Assembly (NCBI RefSeq): GCF_048264985.1
Contig: NZ_JBLXCL010000009.1
Location: forward strand, 3,953-67,952
Direction: 5' to 3'
Length of the DNA stretch: 64,000 bases
From: Pelagibacterium sp.
GTDB taxonomy: Bacteria; Pseudomonadota; Alphaproteobacteria; Rhizobiales; Devosiaceae
A model generated the notes under the pieces. The model made no database searches and was not told the DNA's origin. It saw only the letters and a list, made by a program, of their open reading frames with translations. A program made the position numbers and the translations under genes. Below, piece after piece: positions 29,007 to 37,638 of the stretch. Within the stretch, counting starts at the first letter, position 1; every line of letters begins with the position of its first letter.

Positions 29007-32000
29007 CTAAAGGATGAAGTCGACTGCGGTCAGATCGATCAGGCCGGACAGCTCGATGCTGAAGTCTGCGATCTGGTCGCCATTGACGTCGGCGGTGACG
29101 ATCGTCTTGTCACCTTCAGTGCCATCAATATCTTCAAACATGAAGCTCAGTTGTCCACGGACGCCGGTAAATGCAGCTCCAGCTCCTGCCAGGAATATGA
29201 AGGCCTGATTGCCTCCCACACCAGCGGCGGCATCGATTATCGAGAGGTCGATAACGTCTTCGCCCTGGGTAAAGTCTGTGATCACGTCGCGACCCAGACT
29301 GTCTGGTCTTGAATGGGCGATATTGCGAAACACAAAGACATCGGAGCCTTCCCCGCCGACCAAGACGTCCTTGCCGCCTCTGCCGTCAAGGACATCATTG
29401 CCCCTGCCGCCTGAAATCATGTTTGCTGCCCCTGAACCAATGATTGTGTCGTTGCCAGAGCCACCGATGATGTTTTCGATCGATCTCAGGCTATCGGTTC
29501 CAGTCTGTGTGCTGGTGGCCGAGTTTGCATTGACTGTAACATCGGCCGAGATGCGTGAGAGATCCAGCACGTCGCTGCCGCTTCCACCGATATAGGTGTC
29601 ATTGCCGTCATCGAGTGTCGCCACGAATATATCGTCGCCGGCATTGCCATAGACCGTGTCATCGCCAGCGTCGCCAAACATGATGTCGTCTCCGCCGCCG
29701 CCCTGGATCGTGTCGTTTCCTGCACCCCCGTGATAGAGATCGGAGGACGAGCCTTTGGGTAGTGTGTCGGCTGAATCGGAACCCACAACATCATTCATGC
29801 CCACAAGATCGAGCGTCGCGCTGGCGAGATCGGTCCTGTCCGCTGTTGCAATCGAATAGGTGAACGTGACATCGGTATCGTCATTGAGAGCTGGAATGAA
29901 CAGCCACGTTCCATCGCCATTGTCGGTCAGTTTGCCCGATGAAGCGACAAGACCAACCACGGCAAAGGCCATGCCGGTGTAGGCCGTGCCGGCCAGGTCA
30001 CGTGAAGTGATGGTGCGCGTCATGTCTTCGTTGAGCGGTGTCAGCGCTACCGGCGGCAAGACATCGGTCACTGCTGCCGTTGCCGATGAGGCTACGCTCT
30101 CCAGCGTACCTCCGACATCGGTGTAGCTCACGATAACCCGGACGAGGGCAAGTGCGTCTTCGTCTGTCAATTTATAGGTGGCGTCGGTGGCGCCGTTGAT
30201 GTTGACGAACCCTGTACCGGTGTCTCGCTGCCATTGATAATTGAGTGTTCCCAAGCCATCGGGATCGGCCAGAGAAGCTACATTGGCACTCAGGGTCTGG
30301 TTTTCGACGGCATTGCCTACGATAGTCACGTCGCCAGTTGGTGCATCGTTACTGTTTGACACGACCACAGAGATTTCCTTGGCAAACACCAGTTCTCCAT
30401 CGGTTGCGGTGATCGTCAAAGCGACCGATGGTTCGGTCTCGAAATCGAACGCGACGCCGGCCTTGCGGTAAAGTGCGCCATCATTGGGATCGATTTCAAA
30501 CCTGTCGTCGGAGACCGTGAGAATGTTCTGGCGCTGGCTGTCGTCGAAATTTGGATCAATGACAAGAAGATCAGCCACTTTAACCCTGTCGAGCAACAGT
30601 TCGGGCACAGCGGCCAAATTGGAGAGCACGATATCGGTCGGTGCAAGGTTTTGGGCCTCCATCCGCACTAGGCTCACACTGTGATCGCCCAGCCCGACAA
30701 GCCGGAGCGTCATGATGCCATCGACAAGGCTGACGATTTCGGCGCCCGAGACGAGGAACTGACTATTGGCCATATCGGCCAGATCGATCGACACCAGGCC
30801 CTCGCCGTTCATCGTGAAAGCAAGGTTGACGCCGTCACCTTCCAGCGTGATCAGCTGCATGCGGGCGCCGATCGAGGTGATGTGGGTGACGTCGGCCTGG
30901 GCGAGACCAAGCTTAATCTCGTAGGTGCCACCATTTGCATCAAGAAAGACTGAATTGCCATCATAGGCATACCAATTGGTAACTGCCGAAATGGTCTGCG
31001 ATCCCAAGGAGTCGAGATTGACGGCAAACGTGCCCAGCGTGCCCGACTGCGGCGTTGCGGTGACGGTAATCGTGTCGCCGTTGACCGCGTAGGTTAGTTC
31101 CGTCTTCTCGAAAGTCGCTATCCGGGCGGCGAGGTCTGCGAGCGTTACAAACTCGGAGCCTGCGGCATGGGCTGCACCGAGCAATTCGGTGAACATGGCG
31201 AGGGTATAGGGCGATGAGCCCGTGCCCTCTATATCCCAGGATGTGACACCGTAATCATGCCAAGGCCAGACCACGATCGGCAGGTCGGAATTGATCGTCA
31301 GGTCGTTGAATTCGGCAATCCATTTCGCGGCCGCTTGTTCAGCGGTCAGCCCCAACCAACCAAGAAGCGTGAAATCGAAGCTCATATTGGGCGCTATGTA
31401 GACTTTATCGGTATCGGTGGGCGAGAGGTAGCCCAGAGCACCGGGATAACCCGCGCCGACCATGGACGCGCCGCCGGTCAGATAATCGTAATACTGAATA
31501 ATCTGGCGCGCCGTCTCCAGCGATTCGGGCATGCCGGGCACCGCCGCGCCGCCCACCACAATCCCAAGATTATCTTCTATGACGTGACGCGACGTCTCGA
31601 ACTGGAACTTGAACGATGCCTCCAGAATGGCCTTCGATACGGGATCGAGAGCCATCGGGTCGGGCGCTAACAGGGCCGATTGCAGTGTCGCGTTGATCTG
31701 GGCGACGCTCATCTGGGCCAGCGCGTCGATGACCGACTGATCGGCGTCGTCGCGCATGCAGTACGGACAGAAACATGCCGAGGGATTATCGAGCATAGCC
31801 GCATAGCCCGCGATGCGCTGATCGAGGATATCCTGGGTCACTTCGTCGGGCAGCAATAAGTTGGTATCGAACGGGTGCGAATAGGAGTGCGACCCGATTT
31901 CGTTGCCCATTGCCAGAAGCTGTTGGTAATAGGAGGACGAAATGAACCAGTTTGTATCCTGATCGGGGCTATAGAGCCCGACATTGACGTAGTAGGAGCC

Positions 32001-35000
32001 GACAAAATTGTAGTCGGTTTTCCACTGATCGAGAATTGGCATCATGGCGTCGTAGATACCGTTATCGACGTCGTACGTCTCCTGGGACTGGTCCATATCG
32101 TTGCGCGAGGCAACAATAGCGTTATCTCTGCTCATGGACAGCGAGACCTTCGGCCCGTCAATTGACTGGGTGACCCAGTCGATCGACTGCCCGAGCAGAT
32201 TGTTATCGGCCAGCATGCCCTCGGTGGCGAAATGAACGTTGCGTCCGCCGGTAGTGGTCGAGATTACAGCGTCGTGGCTCGTGCCGTTGACGACCTGCTG
32301 AGCGATGACAGTGCCGGTGCCCGCAGCGACAGTCGAGAAGTACGAAGTCGCAGCGCCTGTATAGGTATGAATCGCGCCTCCGCCGTATCCGGCGGTGATC
32401 TCGTGGTTACCTGTCGCGACAAGATTGACGTCGACACCGTTTTCTCCGCCCGTGCGCGTCAAACCCAGGAGAGTCTGCATGCGTTCATAGGGGTTCGCCG
32501 ACAACGCATCGCCATCGGCAGCATTGGTCATGAAATCGCCAGCCGTGATTATCGGCACGTCGTAGTCATAAACAAGTTGGTTGAGCGTAGCGGCGATATC
32601 GGCGTAATTTTCCGGGGCGTTTCTGAAAGAAGGGAACACGAGGGCCTTGTACTGCGCCATGAGCTCAAGATCGGTAAGATCGGCTTCCCCGATCAAATCG
32701 AAGGGAATACCCGCGCTCATTGCCTGGCTTTGTGCAGCCATGACCAGCTGTGAATAGGCCATCTCCGAGAAATAGGCGCTGGCGGTTGTTTGCGAATAGA
32801 CGATGGCGATCTTGTAGTTTGCCGACGCCAGTGGCGGCAGGCTGGCGGGGTCCGTAATGGTGTATGCCGGCTGGGTATAGTCGGCTGGCAGATGCACGAC
32901 GTCATTGACGTCCGCCATAAGCCCGATCTTGTTGAGCTCGGTCCCAAGCAGCGATTTGGGAATGGCAAGCTCGATCGACTTGCCGTCGGGCCCAAGTGCA
33001 AAGTCGATTTCGGCCACCAGCGTTTCCCCGGCGTTTCCGGTATAGAGGCGTGCGCGGCCGTCATTGTCGATATTGACGTTGAATTCCGCACCAACGGCCC
33101 ATCCCCAGACCAGATGGCCAGTTGACGTATTGCCGTCAGTGTTGATCCAGAATGTCGTGTTCGGACCGATCTCGACTGCGCTTTTAAGAGCGACGACAAA
33201 CGCGTCATTGGCGACCGTACCGAACAGCTCATAACCCTCAATAAGCGTGGTTGGCGTTTCAATGCGCTGGCTTTGCGTCCATTCGCTTAGGATGCCATCA
33301 AATGCGCTTACCGGCGGCAGGCCAATGGTGTAACCTCCATAGCCGTAGTTGTTGGGGAGGAAAACCGTGTCGTTGACATCGCTAAGTACCGCAATTTCTT
33401 CGATGCCCGTGCCCAGAAGGTCTTTTGGAAGCGCGAATTCGAGCGTGGTCCCGTCAGCGCCAAAAGCATGGTCCAGATCGGCTACAAATATTTCCCCAGC
33501 AGCGCCTGAATAGAGCCGGGCTATGCCATCCGCGCCGATGTTAACGTTGAATTCTGCACCACCTGCCCAGCCCCAAATCTGATGACCCGTGCCCGAGCTG
33601 CCATCAGTGTTGATCCAGAATGTTGTGTTCGGGCCAATTGGTTGGGCGCTCTTGAGTGCAACGACGAATTGTTCGGAATCGACGCGGCCGTAAAGCTCAT
33701 AGCCCGCGATGCCGGTGCCTTCCCCTTCGAGCCGCTGGTCGGGCGTCCATTCGGTCAGCAGGCCGTCAAAGCTCGAACTGGGCGTTTCAATCAACAGGTA
33801 ACCACCGGTGCCGTAGTTGGCGGGGAGGAATACTGAATCGTTGATATCGGCCAAAATCTGTACTGATTGCTCGAAGCCGAGAGTCTGCTTGGGAACTGAA
33901 AACTCGATGCTCAATCCATCAGCTGAGATTGCAAAATCAATGTCGGAGACGAAGGTTTCGCCAGCGGCACCGGAGTAAAGCCGGGCAATGCCGTTGCTGT
34001 CGATATTGACGTTGAACTCGGCTCCGGCTGCCCAGCCGAACACCTGATGTCCCGTTGCGGTATTGCCGTCGGTATTGAGCCAGAACGTGGAACCCGGTCC
34101 TATCGGCTGGGCACTGGAAAGTGCAAAAACGACCTGGTCTGGGTCGACACGGCCATACATAGCGTAGCCATCGACACCGCCCAATTGGGTGTCGAGCCTT
34201 TCGTCTTCGGTCCATTCCGACAGCACGCCGTCAAAAGAGGAAGCCGGTTCTTCGACCAACGTGTAACCGCCGGTGCCGTAGTTGGCGGGGAGGAATACTG
34301 AATCGTTGATATCGGCGAGAATTTGGACTGATTGATCGAATCCAAGCGTTTGTTTGGACACTGAAAACTCGATGCTCATTCCGTTTGGAGCAAGCGCGAA
34401 GTCGACGTCGGAAACAAAAATTTCACCGGCGGCACCAGAATAGAGGCGGGCGATCCCGTCGCCGTCGATGTTGACGTTGAATTCGGCACCCGCTGCCCAT
34501 CCGAATATCTGGTGTCCGGTTGCGGTATTGCCGTCGGTGTTGAGCCAGAACGTCGAACCTGGCCCGATTGGCTGGGCGCTCGACAATGCGAAAACGACCT
34601 CGTCGGATTCGACGCGCCCGTACATTGCATAGCCATCGACGACGCCCAACTGGGTGTCGAGCCGCTGTTCTTCAGTCCACTCGGCCAACAGACCGTCAAA
34701 TGAGCTGGATGAAGGCTGGGTGACGAGGTAGCCACCTTCCGCGTAAGACGAGGGCAGAAATACCGAATTGTTGATATCGGCATAGACCGTGAGTGAGGTT
34801 ACGGCCAAGCCGACCAGAGCCTGCGGCAATTTCATTTCCAGGATCGTCCCCCCGGCGCCGAGCAGGTACTCGATTTCCGCGACAAGGGTCGCACCTTCCG
34901 AACCGGAATAGAGTCTGGCGATCCCATCGGTGCCGAAATTGATGTTAAACTCCGCGCCAACGGCCCAATCCCAGACTTTGTGCCCAGTTTCGCTATCGGC

Positions 35001-35180
35001 ATCGGTGTTGAGCCAGAACGTCGTGTTGGGACCAATGGGCTCGGCACTTTCCAGTGCGATCAGGTAAGCCCCATCCTCGTACCGGCCGAACAGCGCATAG
35101 CCGTCGACGAGGGTTTCGGGCCGCTCGAGACGATCGTCCGGGGACCAGTCAGTGAGAGTTCCGTCAAGGATGATGGTCAT
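29007..35180 (-). CDS. 2057-aa T1SS-secreted RTX protein: five ~155-aa repeats, GATase-like/DUF2194-like domain, CE4/NodB-like polysaccharide deacetylase, cadherin/Ig-like domains, Ca-binding GGxGxD repeats and a serralysin-type C-terminal domain
   Basis: No signal peptide. Deacetylase motifs SRNDMDQ (~32089-32108), GNEIGSHSYSHP (~31873-31905) and PWHDY (~31251-31268). Cadherin-like APTDI...FDFETEPS...ITATDG. Multiple GGAGND/GGSGND/GGRGND nonapeptides and a C-terminal ADFSIELSG...DFIL. Confidence 0.85.
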   Translation of the reverse strand: MTIILDGTLTDWSPDDRLERPETLVDGYALFGRYEDGAYLIALESAEPIGPNTTFWLNTDADSETGHKVWDWAVGAEFNINFGTDGIARLYSGSEGATLVAEIEYLLGAGGTILEMKLPQALVGLAVTSLTVYADINNSVFLPSSYAEGGYLVTQPSSSSFDGLLAEWTEEQRLDTQLGVVDGYAMYGRVESDEVVFALSSAQPIGPGSTFWLNTDGNTATGHQIFGWAAGAEFNVNIDGDGIARLYSGAAGEIFVSDVDFALAPNGMSIEFSVSKQTLGFDQSVQILADINDSVFLPANYGTGGYTLVEEPASSFDGVLSEWTEDERLDTQLGGVDGYAMYGRVDPDQVVFALSSAQPIGPGSTFWLNTDGNTATGHQVFGWAAGAEFNVNIDSNGIARLYSGAAGETFVSDIDFAISADGLSIEFSVPKQTLGFEQSVQILADINDSVFLPANYGTGGYLLIETPSSSFDGLLTEWTPDQRLEGEGTGIAGYELYGRVDSEQFVVALKSAQPIGPNTTFWINTDGSSGTGHQIWGWAGGAEFNVNIGADGIARLYSGAAGEIFVADLDHAFGADGTTLEFALPKDLLGTGIEEIAVLSDVNDTVFLPNNYGYGGYTIGLPPVSAFDGILSEWTQSQRIETPTTLIEGYELFGTVANDAFVVALKSAVEIGPNTTFWINTDGNTSTGHLVWGWAVGAEFNVNIDNDGRARLYTGNAGETLVAEIDFALGPDGKSIELAIPKSLLGTELNKIGLMADVNDVVHLPADYTQPAYTITDPASLPPLASANYKIAIVYSQTTASAYFSEMAYSQLVMAAQSQAMSAGIPFDLIGEADLTDLELMAQYKALVFPSFRNAPENYADIAATLNQLVYDYDVPIITAGDFMTNAADGDALSANPYERMQTLLGLTRTGGENGVDVNLVATGNHEITAGYGGGAIHTYTGAATSYFSTVAAGTGTVIAQQVVNGTSHDAVISTTTGGRNVHFATEGMLADNNLLGQSIDWVTQSIDGPKVSLSMSRDNAIVASRNDMDQSQETYDVDNGIYDAMMPILDQWKTDYNFVGSYYVNVGLYSPDQDTNWFISSSYYQQLLAMGNEIGSHSYSHPFDTNLLLPDEVTQDILDQRIAGYAAMLDNPSACFCPYCMRDDADQSVIDALAQMSVAQINATLQSALLAPDPMALDPVSKAILEASFKFQFETSRHVIEDNLGIVVGGAAVPGMPESLETARQIIQYYDYLTGGASMVGAGYPGALGYLSPTDTDKVYIAPNMSFDFTLLGWLGLTAEQAAAKWIAEFNDLTINSDLPIVVWPWHDYGVTSWDIEGTGSSPYTLAMFTELLGAAHAAGSEFVTLADLAARIATFEKTELTYAVNGDTITVTATPQSGTLGTFAVNLDSLGSQTISAVTNWYAYDGNSVFLDANGGTYEIKLGLAQADVTHITSIGARMQLITLEGDGVNLAFTMNGEGLVSIDLADMANSQFLVSGAEIVSLVDGIMTLRLVGLGDHSVSLVRMEAQNLAPTDIVLSNLAAVPELLLDRVKVADLLVIDPNFDDSQRQNILTVSDDRFEIDPNDGALYRKAGVAFDFETEPSVALTITATDGELVFAKEISVVVSNSNDAPTGDVTIVGNAVENQTLSANVASLADPDGLGTLNYQWQRDTGTGFVNINGATDATYKLTDEDALALVRVIVSYTDVGGTLESVASSATAAVTDVLPPVALTPLNEDMTRTITSRDLAGTAYTGMAFAVVGLVASSGKLTDNGDGTWLFIPALNDDTDVTFTYSIATADRTDLASATLDLVGMNDVVGSDSADTLPKGSSSDLYHGGAGNDTIQGGGGDDIMFGDAGDDTVYGNAGDDIFVATLDDGNDTYIGGSGSDVLDLSRISADVTVNANSATSTQTGTDSLRSIENIIGGSGNDTIIGSGAANMISGGRGNDVLDGRGGKDVLVGGEGSDVFVFRNIAHSRPDSLGRDVITDFTQGEDVIDLSIIDAAAGVGGNQAFIFLAGAGAAFTGVRGQLSFMFEDIDGTEGDKTIVTADVNGDQIADFSIELSGLIDLTAVDFIL
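32840..35180 (-). repeat. Five tandem intragenic repeats of about 465 bp (155-156 aa)
   Basis: FDG motifs start at 34700, 34235, 33770 and 33302. An identical 47-bp stretch occurs at 34270-34316 and 33805-33851. Shared motifs are DGxLxEW, FWxNTDG..TG, GAEFNVN and ARLYSG. Confidence 0.92.
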
Positions 35181-35854
35181 AGGAGTGTCTCCTGTGCAAA
35201 GGGGGCCGGGGCCCTTTCAGATGACCGCCACTCAGCGGTTTCATCCATTGCTATTGGTGATTTTAGGCGATTGAGGCGTTCCAAATCGTGTTGACTGGCC
35301 AGCCCGTATGCTCTGCCCAACTCGATAGTGGCGCGCTCACCGGTGCGGTCGCCCTCAAGTCGATACAGTCCGATCAAACGGCGGTAGGCTGGAATGGAGG
35401 GTTCCCTTGCAAAGATCTGGGCAAGGATGCGAGCTTCGTTGCCATAAGCGTTATCGCCCCGGTAGAGATCAACAAGCATGGGCCGCGCCCAGTCGCTTTG
35501 AGGGCGAGTTGCGATCTCGTCTTCAAGCAGGCGAGTAAGAAGGCTTGTCTCTGCCTGGGTCTGATAGAGCCCGGCGAGAGAATATGCTTCGAAGGGGTTG
35601 AGGCGTGTCGTTTCGCGCTTTGTCTCATAGAGTTGTACAGCTTCGCCGATCCGACCCTGTGAAAGCAGAACCTGAGCCTTCTCTTCGGTGTTGGGCAGCA
35701 TTGCGAAGGCAGCAATGGTGGTCATTGCCACAATGATCGCAACGAAGATTTGCGTGCGGTCGGGGGAGTCTATGCGCGACATGAAGCCCAAAGGCGCGAA
35801 GCCGGTACGTTGGAACGGCCGGTATGTGGACTTGTGGTCAACGAGAGTGTGCAT
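35177..35854 (-). CDS. Membrane-anchored TPR-like protein (PelB-TPR-like, no beta-barrel); alternative start 35782
   Basis: One hydrophobic helix (IFVAIIVAMTTIAAFAML) followed by helical repeats (LLSQGRIGEAVQLYE; LVDLYR; YRRLIGLYR). Its stop overlaps the RTX ATG (ATGA coupling). Confidence 0.6.
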   Translation of the reverse strand: MHTLVDHKSTYRPFQRTGFAPLGFMSRIDSPDRTQIFVAIIVAMTTIAAFAMLPNTEEKAQVLLSQGRIGEAVQLYETKRETTRLNPFEAYSLAGLYQTQAETSLLTRLLEDEIATRPQSDWARPMLVDLYRGDNAYGNEARILAQIFAREPSIPAYRRLIGLYRLEGDRTGERATIELGRAYGLASQHDLERLNRLKSPIAMDETAEWRSSERAPAPFAQETLL

Positions 35855-36749
35855 TGTCGAGCTCCCTATCGCCGATGAATAGCAATACTCCCAGGGTTGC
35901 CGCGTCTTCGCGGGCCTGGGCGACATCTGAGGATGCGCTTAGATATTCGGAGACAAATACAGGCTTGCCCTCGGCTGTCAGACGACTGAGAAGCTCCAGG
36001 GAAGCGCGTACTGTGCCCAGTCTGTTTCGCTGATTGTCATGTTCGGCGCCAAACAGAAGATCTTCCTTGGCCAGTCCGTCGATTGTTCGGCGATATGAGG
36101 GGGTTGCCAGCAGCTCTTCGCCGTTCTGTGGCATTATGATGAAGTCGGGATCCTTGGCGCGTGCGTAGATGGCGAGGGCGGTGACGAAATTCACCATCTC
36201 GCTTTCGCGTTGCGCCCTTTTGAGTTGGGGGTCGGGGCGTTCGAACGCGTCGACGCGATCGAGATATACTCCGTCGAAGCCTGCTGCCATGATCTGGTCG
36301 AGATAACTGGTGGGCTCGCCAAAGATGATTGCCTGCCAATCGGGATCCCAAAAGCGGACGTCATAATTGCCTTCCCATTCGGGGTTGGCTGCGAACAGCC
36401 ATGTCGGCCTGTCTTGCGCCCAATCGTCTTGCCAATAGAAGCGGTAGTCTTCCGCTTCGCCGATCGAAAGATAGGATAGGACGATCCGTCGCGACCCGTC
36501 AGGCTTTGTCCTAAGGTTGGCGATCTCGGTGGCTGAAAAGGTCTGGGCCGCAGTTCCGTTGCGTGAATAGTCGATCACCACCAGGTCATAGTTGCTGGCG
36601 GCAAGGACATGCAGATCAATGCCCTGAAGTTGGTAGGTCCATGATCCAACTCCAGCCAGTGCCGAAACTGCCGCGTTACTCGCCTGTGGCGAGAGCATAA
36701 GCGGAAATGCTGCCAGGACGGCAGCCAGTCCAGCAATGCGTATACCCAT
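35838..36749 (-). CDS. GH114-like / TM1410-MJ1477 family endo-alpha-1,4-polygalactosaminidase (PelA hydrolase analogue) with Sec signal peptide
   Basis: WTYQLQ, YDLVVID, SYLSIGEAEDYRFYW, VRFWDPDWQ, GFDGVYLDRVD (putative catalytic Asp), QNGEEL, FVSEY (putative catalytic Glu). Confidence 0.85.
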   Translation of the reverse strand: MGIRIAGLAAVLAAFPLMLSPQASNAAVSALAGVGSWTYQLQGIDLHVLAASNYDLVVIDYSRNGTAAQTFSATEIANLRTKPDGSRRIVLSYLSIGEAEDYRFYWQDDWAQDRPTWLFAANPEWEGNYDVRFWDPDWQAIIFGEPTSYLDQIMAAGFDGVYLDRVDAFERPDPQLKRAQRESEMVNFVTALAIYARAKDPDFIIMPQNGEELLATPSYRRTIDGLAKEDLLFGAEHDNQRNRLGTVRASLELLSRLTAEGKPVFVSEYLSASSDVAQAREDAATLGVLLFIGDRELDNAHSR

Positions 36750-36823
36750 GTCGCAACTCTCCCATTCGCCCGGTCAATCGCTCGGGCCGTATCGAACACT
36801 ATGGGCGGCATGCGCGCACAATA

Positions 36824-36837
36824 TTGACATTCATCAA
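36824..36837. promoter_or_regulatory. FixK/FNR-type box in the GH114 / pelE divergent region
   Basis: TTGAC-ATTC-ATCAA. If centred at -41.5, the -10 positions read CATTAT (36860-36865, +) and TAGTGT (36801-36796, -). Confidence 0.75.
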
Positions 36838-36924
36838 CTCGGAGACTTCTGGGACCCGACATTATTGGCGCCGGTTCACAAAAAACGTTCGGGAAGCCGA
36901 ACTCAGAACAACAGGGTGACTAAG

Positions 36925-37626
36925 ATGGTACTGTCCCTCAATTCCTCGCTCGGGGCGCAACCTGCCCCTTTTACCGCCAAGCCGGCCATCAAGGCGCTGT
37001 TTGCCGGTCTGAAAACCGTGGTGTTTGCCACCGAGGCTGTCGGCATCGTCTTTTTGGCGCTCGGCCATATCGACCTGGCGATGGCCATGTTCTTGCATCT
37101 TGGTCTTTGTCTCGTGATGCTTGGCGTTATCCTTTTTGTCGAACGCAAGAATATCTATTCGGGCGACCTGCAAGCATTTGCCCTGCAGGTGATGGTTGCC
37201 GGCCCGTTCGGCGCGGCTTCCGCGATGATCGATGAACAGCTTTCGTCCCGCGTGCGCGCCGAACGCCTTGAGCGTTGGTACAACACGATCGCGCCGGTGC
37301 CAGTGCCCGCCGTGACCCTCGCCGACCGCATTCTTGACGATCAGGTGGTCCGGCCAGCGGCACGGCTACCAAAATCTGTCGACCGGCTGATCATGTCAGG
37401 GTCCATGCGGGAGAAGCAGGCGCTTTTTGCTTCGATCGTTGCCGACGGGCCGGTAGACGGCGGTAATCTCATCGAAAAAGCACTGCGCAGCCGCGATCAG
37501 CGGGTCCGGGTGCAAGCGGCGGCCGTTTCAGCGCTGTTCCGCTCCAAGGTGCGCACCAGCGCCGGACACCGTCATCAGGCGAGCATCGTGGTGCCCGCCA
37601 ACGATGCAACAACACCTGCAGCATAG
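36925..37626 (+). CDS. PelE-like inner-membrane protein
   Basis: Two or three TM helices, then a HEAT-like segment (GSMREKQALF...IEKALRSRDQRVRVQAAA); directly upstream of pelF. Confidence 0.6.
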   Translation: MVLSLNSSLGAQPAPFTAKPAIKALFAGLKTVVFATEAVGIVFLALGHIDLAMAMFLHLGLCLVMLGVILFVERKNIYSGDLQAFALQVMVAGPFGAASAMIDEQLSSRVRAERLERWYNTIAPVPVPAVTLADRILDDQVVRPAARLPKSVDRLIMSGSMREKQALFASIVADGPVDGGNLIEKALRSRDQRVRVQAAAVSALFRSKVRTSAGHRHQASIVVPANDATTPAA

Positions 37627-37638
37627 GGGCTCACGACG

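Noticed and set aside
29007-35180. RTX pore-forming toxin or serralysin protease
   Set aside because: No HExxH zinc-protease motif or pore-forming hydrophobic domain seen and no acyltransferase gene nearby; the catalytic motifs are CE4-like.
32840-35180. CRISPR or non-coding tandem repeat
   Set aside because: Units are about 465 bp, in frame within a CDS, with no repeat-spacer structure and no cas genes.
36736-36924. N-terminal extension of the pelE-like ORF
   Set aside because: It overlaps the divergent GH114 start and spans the FixK box and promoter; ATG 36925 fits better.
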